From positions 147,390 to 211,389 of the forward strand of contig JBBAPZ010000001.1 of the NCBI GenBank assembly GCA_040400605.1: a DNA stretch of 64,000 nt, read 5' to 3'. A program made the position numbers and the translations under genes. The notes below the pieces were generated by a model. The model was given only the letters and a program-made list of their open reading frames with translations, searched no databases and was not told the DNA's origin. This stretch comes from Candidatus Sericytochromatia bacterium (GTDB taxonomy: Bacteria > Cyanobacteriota > Sericytochromatia > S15B-MN24 > JAQBPE01). Of this stretch, positions 37,660 through 47,134 are shown piece by piece (position 1 is the stretch's first letter; the number at the start of each line of letters is the position of its first letter).

Positions 37660-38694
37660 TTAGATGTACATCGTCACGCGGGCCGATTTGGGCGGTAGGC
37701 AGGCCGGGTCCCGCCCCTCGTGAATCTCTTTTTGAATGCTTTCCACGTAGACATGAATCAAGTCAGAGGGCGTATTGGCGAAATCTTCACCATAGCGACG
37801 AATCACGTCCCCTTGCTGTTTCAGTGCAACAATGTCTTGGTCGATGATGGCCTGTGAGTAGCGCCGGATCGCCCAGGTTATCCAACGCGTCCAGATGCCA
37901 TAATTGTAGGTGACATCGGTATAGACCAAAGTTTTGCCAGCCTCAAGCGGTATGGCCTGCGACGTGATGATGAGGTGTCGGGTGGGACCCATGTGATACT
38001 CAACGCAACTGACATTGGGCGCAAAAAACTCATCGGTGTGTCCGATGCTGTGCCCACCGGGGTTCAGAAATCGGCTGAACCAGCCCAAATTCGTGTTTTC
38101 GTTAAAATACTCCGCCCGCACGCTCGCACCTTGGCGCGCAATGGACACATCAATGGGCTGACGGCGTTCCCGACGAAAAATACCAGGATGGACATAAACC
38201 GTGTGAGGAATATCAATAAAATTCTCAATGCAATTGGTGACGGAATTTTCAAACAGGTTAATCACCCGCACGGTACGATAACCCGCTTCACCATAGCGCC
38301 GCATCCGAAACGGCTCTACCGTCAACGTCGGCGTCGCATTCAAACGAACATAAACAAAGCCATCCAATTCGCGGGTCTCATAGACAACCGCGCACCGTTT
38401 GGCTACCTGCTTGAAATTGGTGCCTTCGGACGGTACCGCGACCACCGCACCACCTGTGCCATAGGTCCAGCCATGATACCCGCAGACGAGTTTGCCATCC
38501 ACAACGCGCCCCTTCGACAGCGGCGCTGCGCGGTGTTTGCACCGGTCTTGCAACACAACCGCCTCCCCGGACTCGTTTCTGAAAACCACGAGATTTTCAC
38601 CGAGAACCTGCCGCGCCAACACATCCTGTCGGCCCAACGCACGCGACTCGGAAACGATGTACCAAAAATCCCTTTCACTTACCCCCACAAACAA
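37660..38694 (-). CDS. Rieske non-heme iron oxygenase alpha subunit
   Basis: CKH...CGYHG Rieske motif; ENFIDIPHTVYVH and QD mononuclear Fe site. Confidence 0.9.
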   Translation of the reverse strand: MFVGVSERDFWYIVSESRALGRQDVLARQVLGENLVVFRNESGEAVVLQDRCKHRAAPLSKGRVVDGKLVCGYHGWTYGTGGAVVAVPSEGTNFKQVAKRCAVVYETRELDGFVYVRLNATPTLTVEPFRMRRYGEAGYRTVRVINLFENSVTNCIENFIDIPHTVYVHPGIFRRERRQPIDVSIARQGASVRAEYFNENTNLGWFSRFLNPGGHSIGHTDEFFAPNVSCVEYHMGPTRHLIITSQAIPLEAGKTLVYTDVTYNYGIWTRWITWAIRRYSQAIIDQDIVALKQQGDVIRRYGEDFANTPSDLIHVYVESIQKEIHEGRDPACLPPKSARVTMYI

Positions 38695-38697
38695 CCC

Positions 38698-38991
38698 TCA
38701 CTGCGGCAACGGCTTGAGGGTGAGGGGACAACAGACATCAATCTGACAGGCAAGGCGCGCGCGGGGATTGTCCGTCAACACATCCAGCAGTTCCTGCTCA
38801 TCGCCACCCGGGGGTTCCAACTGTTCGAGGCCCGCCTGCACTTCAACAAGGCATGTGCCACAGATACCTGTGCGACAACCAAATAAAATTGGTGAACGCG
38901 TGGCATCAAGTTCCACAGAGAGCGATCGCCCCGCCGATACGGTTGACGGCTCGTACCCCGGTTCCTCATAGTGAATCTGAAATTGCGTCAC
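38698..38991 (-). CDS. [2Fe-2S] ferredoxin
   Basis: GCRTGICGTC...RLACQ. Confidence 0.9.
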   Translation of the reverse strand: MTQFQIHYEEPGYEPSTVSAGRSLSVELDATRSPILFGCRTGICGTCLVEVQAGLEQLEPPGGDEQELLDVLTDNPRARLACQIDVCCPLTLKPLPQ

Positions 38992-40229
38992 GTCACCGCC
39001 TCCCGCATCGTGGGACGAACCCCAGGAATTCGATCCGGCTTCACATTTCGCGCAAAGTCAGCCAACGCTCGCCGATTTTGCGTCAGATAACCTTGCATCG
39101 TTGTCTGACGCATCAGGCTCAAATTCTTGTTCTCCGCATTGACGTAACCCAAGGGATCCAAATAGCGCTGATACGAATCGATCGCCGTCTGCATGGTTGC
39201 AAACGAAGCCGTGTTGCCATTGTTTTCTTCCGCGAAGCAAAGCCGCATCATCTCCAACGCTTCACCATGCGCCATCCCGAAAATACCACTGCGCAACACT
39301 TTGTAGATTGCCTGAAATGTTGCTGGCTCGTGCCAGAACAAACCATTGACCACAGCGGAAAAATGGCGGTGATCCTTTTGGCACCCCATAATCGCACGGT
39401 TGCCCACCATCGCCTCAAACGCCGACGGCTTGGGCAGGGCGTCAATCACCTCGCAGCCAACGATACAGGAACTGTTAAAATGAAAACTCTCATCCATAAA
39501 ATGATAATGGCTGATGGCAGAGGGTACTGCGGCTGTTTCTCGTTCCGGCAGACGCATGTAATACTGAGACAATTTGTGTTGCACCATCTTGCCATTCAAG
39601 GTGCGTAAGCCACGCACCGTAAAATACTGCGACGCGATGAACGCATTGCTTGACGTGAGCAGGTTGTACGCCTGCAACTGAAAGGTGCGCCACATATCCT
39701 TCAATTTGTTGGTGTCCGGAAAAAGCATGGTCTGCGCGTAGGGGCTGCGCATGGACCATGAAAACACCCGCTCACCGAAAAGCGCTTCCTCGACTTGATC
39801 GCTCACAGTTTTGAACGCATTGATATGCGCGCGTTCCTGGGCCGATTCGAGGTCCAACATATCACAGACCCCGCGAAAATCTTCCAAGGCATAAAGTCCG
39901 GCTGCGCAGGTCTGATTCAAGAAAATTGTGGCGACTTCCGCTGAGATGATCTGCGAATAATACGCCACCCAATACAACTGATTCAAACGCAAACGCTGCG
40001 TCTCATCCGCCTGATCCCACAATGGCGTACCATGTAGCAGCGAATGCTCCGGCGAGTTCCAATACTGATGCTGGCAGTCCTCATATCGAAACTTTTTCGC
40101 CGCTTGGTCAAGCAATGCCGTATGATCCTGCTCCTTGTTGCGTGAATGATTCAGATGAATCTTCTTGCAGAGTTTTTCATCCTGAACGATTGCCGAAACC
40201 GGACGGGGCAGCTTCTCACTCATACACAC
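38988..40229 (-). CDS. CylC/AurF-like dimetal-carboxylate enzyme (candidate halogenase or oxygenase); start likely ATG 40223
   Basis: LNQLYWVAYYSQIISAE, ESAQERAHINAF and HYHFMDESFH give two ExxH motifs in a ferritin-like fold. Confidence 0.75.
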   Translation of the reverse strand: MCMSEKLPRPVSAIVQDEKLCKKIHLNHSRNKEQDHTALLDQAAKKFRYEDCQHQYWNSPEHSLLHGTPLWDQADETQRLRLNQLYWVAYYSQIISAEVATIFLNQTCAAGLYALEDFRGVCDMLDLESAQERAHINAFKTVSDQVEEALFGERVFSWSMRSPYAQTMLFPDTNKLKDMWRTFQLQAYNLLTSSNAFIASQYFTVRGLRTLNGKMVQHKLSQYYMRLPERETAAVPSAISHYHFMDESFHFNSSCIVGCEVIDALPKPSAFEAMVGNRAIMGCQKDHRHFSAVVNGLFWHEPATFQAIYKVLRSGIFGMAHGEALEMMRLCFAEENNGNTASFATMQTAIDSYQRYLDPLGYVNAENKNLSLMRQTTMQGYLTQNRRALADFARNVKPDRIPGVRPTMREAVT

Positions 40230-41179
40230 CTCGTTGCTTCCAAAGGGTCAAACGCACGCAATTCTTCCAGAGCCACAATCACATCGTGTGCGCCCTCCTG
40301 CGCCATCAACTGGCGCAAGGTATTCAAACGCGAGGCGCTGTGTGCCATTGTATCCAATTCCTCCAGGGTCTTCACCCGTTCGGCACGCGACAAGCCACCC
40401 ACTGCCTCATCAATGGCCGACAGTACCGCTTGCGGCCCTACCTGCACCATGCCCAAAAATTGCCTGAGCGTATCAATCAACACCTGACGCTCACTGCGAC
40501 CCAACTTGGCCACCAACGACTTTTGCACATTGAGTACGACCCCACCACCATGATGACGCGCTTCGTCCTTTAAAATGGCCTGTAACACCTGCCGAAACCA
40601 CGGTTCTTGGCAGCCCCGCATCATGTCGCTGTAGCGCTGCAAGCCCCAGCCTTCCAGCACCACTTGAATCAAAAAGACGAGTGTTGCCGGGTTGTGAGCG
40701 GCGATCGATTCATTCAGGATACGGTGAAACGCATTGGGCTTGACTTGGGCGATCGCCTGACCCAACGCCTCTTTCACCCAGGCATAATGGGTGGCCTCAT
40801 CAGCCGCGAACAAGGCATATAGCATGCGTTCCTCATCGGAATCAGCCAGCATGCACATGCGAGACGCATACACCATGCCGGCATCCTCAATGTAAAAAGC
40901 TTCCTCAAGCAAACCCCGATTACACCGCGAAACAATTTGCTGCTGCACATCACGCCGTGCCGAACGGTAGACGCTTGTGCGTTCCAGATTAAAAAATTGC
41001 CCATCCCAAAAATTATCAGGCACACCCTTAAAAGACTCGAAAGTACTCCCCGCCTTGTGCAAAGCGTGACGCAAAATCGACTGGGTGCGATCGCACACGG
41101 GCATGTCATCAACGACCATCGGAAACACTCCCTGTATCCAACGCACCAACCAGGGGTTGTATTCCGGACTCCCGTTCAA
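40220..41179 (-). CDS. Ferritin-like diiron protein (start probably later, about 41119 or 41104)
   Basis: EAFYIE, DEATH, VLEGWG, DEARH match the E/ExxH/E/ExxH ligand pattern. Confidence 0.8.
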   Translation of the reverse strand: MNGSPEYNPWLVRWIQGVFPMVVDDMPVCDRTQSILRHALHKAGSTFESFKGVPDNFWDGQFFNLERTSVYRSARRDVQQQIVSRCNRGLLEEAFYIEDAGMVYASRMCMLADSDEERMLYALFAADEATHYAWVKEALGQAIAQVKPNAFHRILNESIAAHNPATLVFLIQVVLEGWGLQRYSDMMRGCQEPWFRQVLQAILKDEARHHGGGVVLNVQKSLVAKLGRSERQVLIDTLRQFLGMVQVGPQAVLSAIDEAVGGLSRAERVKTLEELDTMAHSASRLNTLRQLMAQEGAHDVIVALEELRAFDPLEATRCV

Positions 41180-41960
41180 TGGCTACACTGACGTCACGCA
41201 CAACCGGTCGCGCCTTGAGGCGATAAAAAGGCGCCAGGGTCACCTTTTTGACGCGCTTCCACCCATAGGCAAACGGCAAACCGAAAGTCATTTCCGCCAA
41301 ACATACCAACTCGGCACCGTCTCGCCAGTACGGGTTTTTTTGCTCAAAAAAACGAATGCGCGGAAAACGCACCATTTCATCTGGCGTCGCCTCGGCGACG
41401 CCACTTTTCAGTTGTCCTTTCGACACCGCATAACGAATTAAACCGGATTCCGGATCATAATCCGCGCCAAACAAGCCCTGCGCAAATCGATGAATCAAAA
41501 CTTGCACGGTCAGCGGCGTCGCACATTCATGCCGTGGGTAATGCGTTGGGAAATTGTTGGCCATCAGCAAATAGGTCTTGTATCCTTTGCTGATTAAAAA
41601 CCAGTACAACGGCTCAAACGGTCGCTTCAGCTTCGCAAACCACAAATACCGCAAAAATGCCACACCCAAAACCTTTTGCCCCCAAAATGCCGCTTCAACC
41701 ACGGTGTCACCACTAAAAATGGCCCGCACCGTTCGACCCGATTCGTCTGTCAGCACCATCTGCCGCAAGGTCGAGAAACCCCTCAACACGTTTGACCCGC
41801 GTTCCAGCAACAAAATAACCGCATCTTTATTGGCAAGATCGATTTCAAACTGTTCCTGTGACACCGCCGTGTAGTACGTTTCGAAAATCGCATACATGCG
41901 CTGACGCACCTTGTGGTCCAGTTCACGGACGGCAACCGTTCGCGAGATCAATGCTGACAC
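41109..41960 (-). CDS. Putative GNAT-fold acyltransferase
   Basis: beta-hairpin GFST..., FSGDTVVEAAFWGQKVL (motif-A-like), YWFLISKGYKTY; overlaps neighbours on both sides. Confidence 0.55.
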   Translation of the reverse strand: MSALISRTVAVRELDHKVRQRMYAIFETYYTAVSQEQFEIDLANKDAVILLLERGSNVLRGFSTLRQMVLTDESGRTVRAIFSGDTVVEAAFWGQKVLGVAFLRYLWFAKLKRPFEPLYWFLISKGYKTYLLMANNFPTHYPRHECATPLTVQVLIHRFAQGLFGADYDPESGLIRYAVSKGQLKSGVAEATPDEMVRFPRIRFFEQKNPYWRDGAELVCLAEMTFGLPFAYGWKRVKKVTLAPFYRLKARPVVRDVSVAIERESGIQPLVGALDTGSVSDGR

Positions 41961-43069
41961 GCGTCCCCCTTGCGTTTTGCCGCCAAGACCGCAGAATCGT
42001 TTTGGTCACCATCCCAACTGCCCCACGGTACCGCCCGTTGCTGCTCGACATGCCGAATAAACTCAACGATTGGGCGATCCGCGCCGATCGGTGTCTGAAA
42101 CTTCCAATGAATCGTCTGGAAAACCTGCGTATCGCCCTTGGCAAAATAATTGCCCACAATCTCCGTCACTTTTAAGATGACCCGGTTGAGCAACCACCCC
42201 ATCACCCCTTTGCGCTTGGCCGTCACCAAAATGGTCTGGCCCTCCGATGTCCCTTTAGCCGTCGGACGCAAGGCAAAAATGATGTGAAAATGCAAAAAAT
42301 CAGGCCCAACCGTCACCGAACCGGTAGAACCATTCCAATAAACCATCCGATACGTCAAAGGCCCCGCATACCAACGCGCCAGCAAACGGTTGAAGGGGTT
42401 GTTTGTTGGAACGGGACGATCATTGTCAAACATTTGACAGTTTTGCGCCGGGGACGATACCGCAAAATGCAAACCATCCGCCAACGATGATGCCAATGGG
42501 TGTACCGAGTGAAAGTGCTGCTCATCAATCGCATTTACCATCACAATGTTTGGATGGCACCCCTTCTCAAACCGATTGCCAAGCAACCAATCAATTTCCT
42601 GACCGGCCAATTCCGGGATGTAAGGCACTGGGCGCAAAGCAACCGCTCCATTCCAGATCCAGACCATGCCATACTGCTCCGCCACGGGCCACACCTTGAC
42701 ACCCACGCGCGCAGGATGCGATTGGCACGGAATGTCGACCACCTGCCCTTGCGCACCCATTTTCCAGTGGTGAAAGAAACAGCGAATCCCCTCACCATCC
42801 ACCCGCCCTTCAGCCAAATGGGCACCCATGTGGGGGCAATACGCATCCATCGCGCGGGCGACGCCTTGCTCATCGCGGAATACGACAATGTTCCGACCAA
42901 GAAAATTCAGGGGTTGGATCTGCCCGCGCCGCAATTCGCCGGCCGCACACGCCCAATACCAACCCTCCACAACCGAGTCGAAACTGCCAAAGACTGTGCC
43001 AGCACAATCGCGAGCAGGCTCAGTACAAGGTGTGATCGATAAGTCCGGGTTCACCCATGTCTCTTGCAT
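41948..43069 (-). CDS. Rieske non-heme iron oxygenase alpha subunit
   Basis: CPH...CFFH Rieske motif; NAIDEQHFHSVH; GGGAG RBS; first gene of the operon. Confidence 0.9.
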   Translation of the reverse strand: MQETWVNPDLSITPCTEPARDCAGTVFGSFDSVVEGWYWACAAGELRRGQIQPLNFLGRNIVVFRDEQGVARAMDAYCPHMGAHLAEGRVDGEGIRCFFHHWKMGAQGQVVDIPCQSHPARVGVKVWPVAEQYGMVWIWNGAVALRPVPYIPELAGQEIDWLLGNRFEKGCHPNIVMVNAIDEQHFHSVHPLASSLADGLHFAVSSPAQNCQMFDNDRPVPTNNPFNRLLARWYAGPLTYRMVYWNGSTGSVTVGPDFLHFHIIFALRPTAKGTSEGQTILVTAKRKGVMGWLLNRVILKVTEIVGNYFAKGDTQVFQTIHWKFQTPIGADRPIVEFIRHVEQQRAVPWGSWDGDQNDSAVLAAKRKGDACQH

Positions 43070-43481
43070 AGTCGGTCTCCCTGTCCCACCGCACCTTGTC
43101 TGTGCCGTTCGTCAACCCTTTTTCACCCAAAACTTTGCGAGTGGCCTGCCGCGAGGTGTATCGGTGTTATCGCTGTTTTTTGGCATCGCTTGCTACTATT
43201 TATACCCGTCACAATGACAATTCGATCGTTCGTGCCGGCGTGAAAGGCGTCGATTTCGCTGTTGGGACGATAACTGGCCGCCCCAGATGCAACGATAACA
43301 AACCCGACGCCCAGTGTCACAACCAGCATAAAGCGACCGAACATTTCACGACCAATCAGCAAATGGATGCCTTCCCCCTTGCGAGACGCATCGTTGTGTG
43401 GCTGTTATCATGGTGACAGAGTCGTGAACGTTGCTGTGAAATGGGTCACGGGGCGAAATGGTTGGCTTGAAAGGATAGTCT

Positions 43482-44342
43482 GTGTCGCAGCGTATGGATG
43501 GGAAGACGGTTGTAATCACGGGCGCATCAAGTGGACTCGGATTGGCATCCGTCCGCGCTTTGGCAGCCCAGGGCGCGCGGATCATCGCTGCGGTTCGGGA
43601 TGTCGACAAACTGCAGGCCATTCTTGGCCCAACGGACCAGTTAACGCAGATTGCCCTGTGCGATTTGGCGGATATGGCCAGTATCCAGCGTTTTGCCGAG
43701 CGCTTGTTGGCATCGGAGAAGACGATTGATGTATTAATCAACAACGCAGGTGTCATGAACTTTCGCCACATCCAAACGCGCGATGGCTTCGAATCCAATT
43801 TTGGCGTCAATCATTTGGGTCATTTTTTACTGACGGCCCGACTTTTTCCACTTTTGGCAGCGGCGCCCGCAGCACGGGTCGTCACGGTCAGCAGTATCGC
43901 CCACCGTCGTGGAACCCTGGACTTTGCCAATGCCGATCCGGCCAAGGACTTTGGTGCGCCCCACTCCTATGCCAACAGCAAATTGGCAAACCTGGTTTTC
44001 AGTCTCGAGTTGTCCCGCCGCCTGAAGCAGACCCATCCCCACATGGCGGCTGTCGCAGCCCATCCCGGTTGGACCCACACCCCGTTGTTTCGTGATATGA
44101 GCGTGACTGCCTGGTTGAGCCGCTTTTTGGCCATGGATGCGGAATCGGGCGCTGCACCGCAAATCGCGGCAGCCTTGGACACATCCATCCCCAATGGTGC
44201 TTACTGGGGCCCCAACGGTTTTCGCGAAATTTGGGGCAAACCGGGCCCGGCGGCACCTTCTATGCAGGCGCTTGACGAGGGGCTCGCTCAAATCCTTTGG
44301 CAACGCTCGGAAACCTGGACCCAAACGCCGTTTAAGCTGTGA
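43482..44342 (+). CDS. Short-chain dehydrogenase/reductase
   Basis: TGASSGLG, NNAG, YANSK, AHPGWT. Confidence 0.9.
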   Translation: MSQRMDGKTVVITGASSGLGLASVRALAAQGARIIAAVRDVDKLQAILGPTDQLTQIALCDLADMASIQRFAERLLASEKTIDVLINNAGVMNFRHIQTRDGFESNFGVNHLGHFLLTARLFPLLAAAPAARVVTVSSIAHRRGTLDFANADPAKDFGAPHSYANSKLANLVFSLELSRRLKQTHPHMAAVAAHPGWTHTPLFRDMSVTAWLSRFLAMDAESGAAPQIAAALDTSIPNGAYWGPNGFREIWGKPGPAAPSMQALDEGLAQILWQRSETWTQTPFKL

Positions 44343-44359
44343 GCCACCACACCGGGTTG

Positions 44360-46645
44360 TCAAGACGGGAACTTTTGGTCGGTGCGATCGCCTGGCCACC
44401 AGTTCCAACGACCCGCGAGCAGCAACAAAGCAGGAGCCAGTATCGCGCGAATCAAAGTCGCATCAAGCAAAATGGCCACGGCCAACCCGAGGCCGAACAA
44501 TTGCGTGAATACAATTCGCGCAAAGGCAAACGAACCGAACACCAAGATCATCATCAAGGCCGCCGCCGCAATGATGCTGCCAGACTGGCCCATTCCTGCC
44601 AAAATCGCCTGCTCTTCATTCATCTGACTTCGCGCTTCCCGTACCCGACTGAGTAAAAAGATTTCGTAATCCATACTCAGGCCAAACGTCACACAAAACA
44701 CCAATACCGGAATGAACAAAGGCCAGGCGTTAATCGGTTCGGCAAGGCCAATCCAACTGGACAACCAACCATCCTGAAAAACCAGCACGAGCGCCCCAAG
44801 CGATGCTGAAACAGCCAACAGATTCAGTAAAATTGCTTTAAACGGGATCAGTATTGAACGGAACAGGATGCCAAGCAAGACAAACGACCCCACAAACACG
44901 GCGGTGAGGCACCAAGGCGCCCGCTGTTCCAATGCGAGTCTATAATCGAGGTTGAACGCGGCATTGCCGCTGATCGCAACCGCCAACTCTCCCGCATACC
45001 GCCGATACTCCGCAACGATGCCCTCCGCCTCTTTCAGCGTCACGGCATCTTGTGGCCACACCAAAAACAAGGCTTTTCGGTGGTCCCGACTCAGGGTATA
45101 GGTCGCGATCGCGGGATAACGCTGCAAGGCGCGCTCAGCATTCGCGTACAACAGGCGATAAGCCATCGCCTTTGTGCCAGGCCGCAAGTCCACCGGCGAC
45201 AAAACAGCCTTGATGCGCGGATCCTCATGCAAGCGCCGCGACAGTTCCAACATCTGCTTAACCCCTGCTGCACCCAATACCCCACCGGTGTCACGGGTGC
45301 TTACAACCATCGGAATCGGTTGACTGACACTCGCACCATTCAGACGCTTCAACACTGATGCAGCCTTGACCGCCTCCAGTTCTGCCGGGAAATGACGGGT
45401 TTCCGGCACCCCAAACACCGCTCTGGAGGCATTCCAGGCGATCGCCAACAACAGTGCGAGTACACCGAGGCTCAACCAAAACCGATGGCGTTGAACAAAA
45501 GCGCCCCAACGCAACCATTTCTGAGCCCCCCACCCCGAATCGGTCAGGCGTGACCAACCTGCCGGCCAATCGAGCCACCGGTCACCCAGCAGCAACAGAG
45601 CAGGCAACAAGGTGCATACAGCGGCAAGCGCGGCGCCCACGACCAGAACGCCCGCAACCCCCACCGAGTAAGCATCCGTGGTTCCTAAAATCAGCAAAGC
45701 TGCCATGCAAATCACAACCAGGCAGCCCGACGCCAGCACCGTGCGAACAGCCGTTTTAAACACCATCCTGACAGCGTCTGCTGCCGATGCTCCGCCACGC
45801 CGCACCTCACGAAATCGTGAAACAACCAGCAGCGAGTAATCAATTCCCAACGCCAAACCGATCATCGACACGGTGGTCTGGGCAAATCCATTCATGCCAA
45901 CCCAGTCTGTTCCCACAACCAACAAGGCCATGGCAAGCAAACACGCAGCCGCGCCCAACAAAACCGGCATGGCGGCAGCCAGTGGCGTACCAAATACCAG
46001 CATCAGCAAGACCAAGGCAGGAAGCAGTACACGCCGTTCCGCCGTGGCACTGTCACCCATCGTTCCCCCAACAATGTCGGCTTCCAAAACCCCCGCGCCC
46101 GTCACATAAACCTGTGCCGCGGAATCGAAAGCCTTCAGCGTGGGTAATTCCTGTTGGATTATCTCGCGAACAGGCGGCAGGAGACTGCGTTCGCGATCCC
46201 GCAAGGTCCGACCGATAAACCACACTTCGGCGTGGGCATCACGTAAGCGCGGCAACGACAAACCAAGCGGAGGCTTGGAATCGACAACACCCAAGACGTC
46301 CGGCACCGACGCAAGTCGCTGTCTCAGGCGCGCACGCCAGGCATCCAGTGCCGGATCGCCTGGCGTGCGCGCTGGCGTCTCAATCACGACAACCAGCGGC
46401 GCGATGTAGGGATTGACGAAATTGTCCGTCAACTCATTCATCACATCGACCGCTTGACTGCCCGGAATATCCAGGTGACTGCGCGCCAGTCGATCACCCA
46501 AATGCAAACTGAGCGGCAGCGACATCAGCATCACGACCAACCAACAACCAACAATCGCCCACGGACGTTTGATAATCAACTCAACGATGGCGCCACTCAC
46601 GCGTAAATACCACCTTGCAAACAAACTTGTGTCACGATGCGCCAA
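44360..46645 (-). CDS. MMPL family RND transporter
   Basis: GLALGIDYSLLVVSRFRE and FGLSMDYEIFLLSRVRE motifs; two TM bundles. Confidence 0.9.
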   Translation of the reverse strand: MAHRDTSLFARWYLRVSGAIVELIIKRPWAIVGCWLVVMLMSLPLSLHLGDRLARSHLDIPGSQAVDVMNELTDNFVNPYIAPLVVVIETPARTPGDPALDAWRARLRQRLASVPDVLGVVDSKPPLGLSLPRLRDAHAEVWFIGRTLRDRERSLLPPVREIIQQELPTLKAFDSAAQVYVTGAGVLEADIVGGTMGDSATAERRVLLPALVLLMLVFGTPLAAAMPVLLGAAACLLAMALLVVGTDWVGMNGFAQTTVSMIGLALGIDYSLLVVSRFREVRRGGASAADAVRMVFKTAVRTVLASGCLVVICMAALLILGTTDAYSVGVAGVLVVGAALAAVCTLLPALLLLGDRWLDWPAGWSRLTDSGWGAQKWLRWGAFVQRHRFWLSLGVLALLLAIAWNASRAVFGVPETRHFPAELEAVKAASVLKRLNGASVSQPIPMVVSTRDTGGVLGAAGVKQMLELSRRLHEDPRIKAVLSPVDLRPGTKAMAYRLLYANAERALQRYPAIATYTLSRDHRKALFLVWPQDAVTLKEAEGIVAEYRRYAGELAVAISGNAAFNLDYRLALEQRAPWCLTAVFVGSFVLLGILFRSILIPFKAILLNLLAVSASLGALVLVFQDGWLSSWIGLAEPINAWPLFIPVLVFCVTFGLSMDYEIFLLSRVREARSQMNEEQAILAGMGQSGSIIAAAALMMILVFGSFAFARIVFTQLFGLGLAVAILLDATLIRAILAPALLLLAGRWNWWPGDRTDQKFPS

Positions 46646-47134
46646 ACGGTGTTTCCCTTACGGCCCAGCGATCGCAAAAACACGAACGTACGCGTATTCT
46701 TGTACCCGGTTCAACCAGCGCCTATCGTCGGGGCAGTCCGTGAGGCGGTGACGGAACCGGTCAGTTCGTCACCGCCTCGAAATCAGCTATTGGCAACGCT
46801 TGGCGTACCGCATTTGCGCCACCGAAAGCAACCCGCGCCTGATTAACCAAAGGAAGCGGGCCATCTGCCCCACAAGCGGCAGGCAAACTCGTGAAAGCGA
46901 TCAGTCAAAAGCCGTTTTCAGGTGGGTGGACAGGACTTGTCGTATCGGGCAGGGCAGTCTGCAGTGCATTGTTTTATTAGGTTCCAGACCATACCGGTTG
47001 ATCGTATCGTGAATCAAGGTAACAATGAGTCAGTTAAAATCCCTCGACAGGTCATGATCAATGCCGGGTTTTTGTCGGCAAGCAAAGAAAGCAGGCGGAG
47101 CGTGGAGTTTTTGAACCCGGAATGGCAAGCGCGC

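Noticed and set aside
31105..46645. Genomic island integrated at tRNA-Arg carrying the oxidative operon
   Set aside because: No integrase found and no duplicated tRNA 3' end seen by eye
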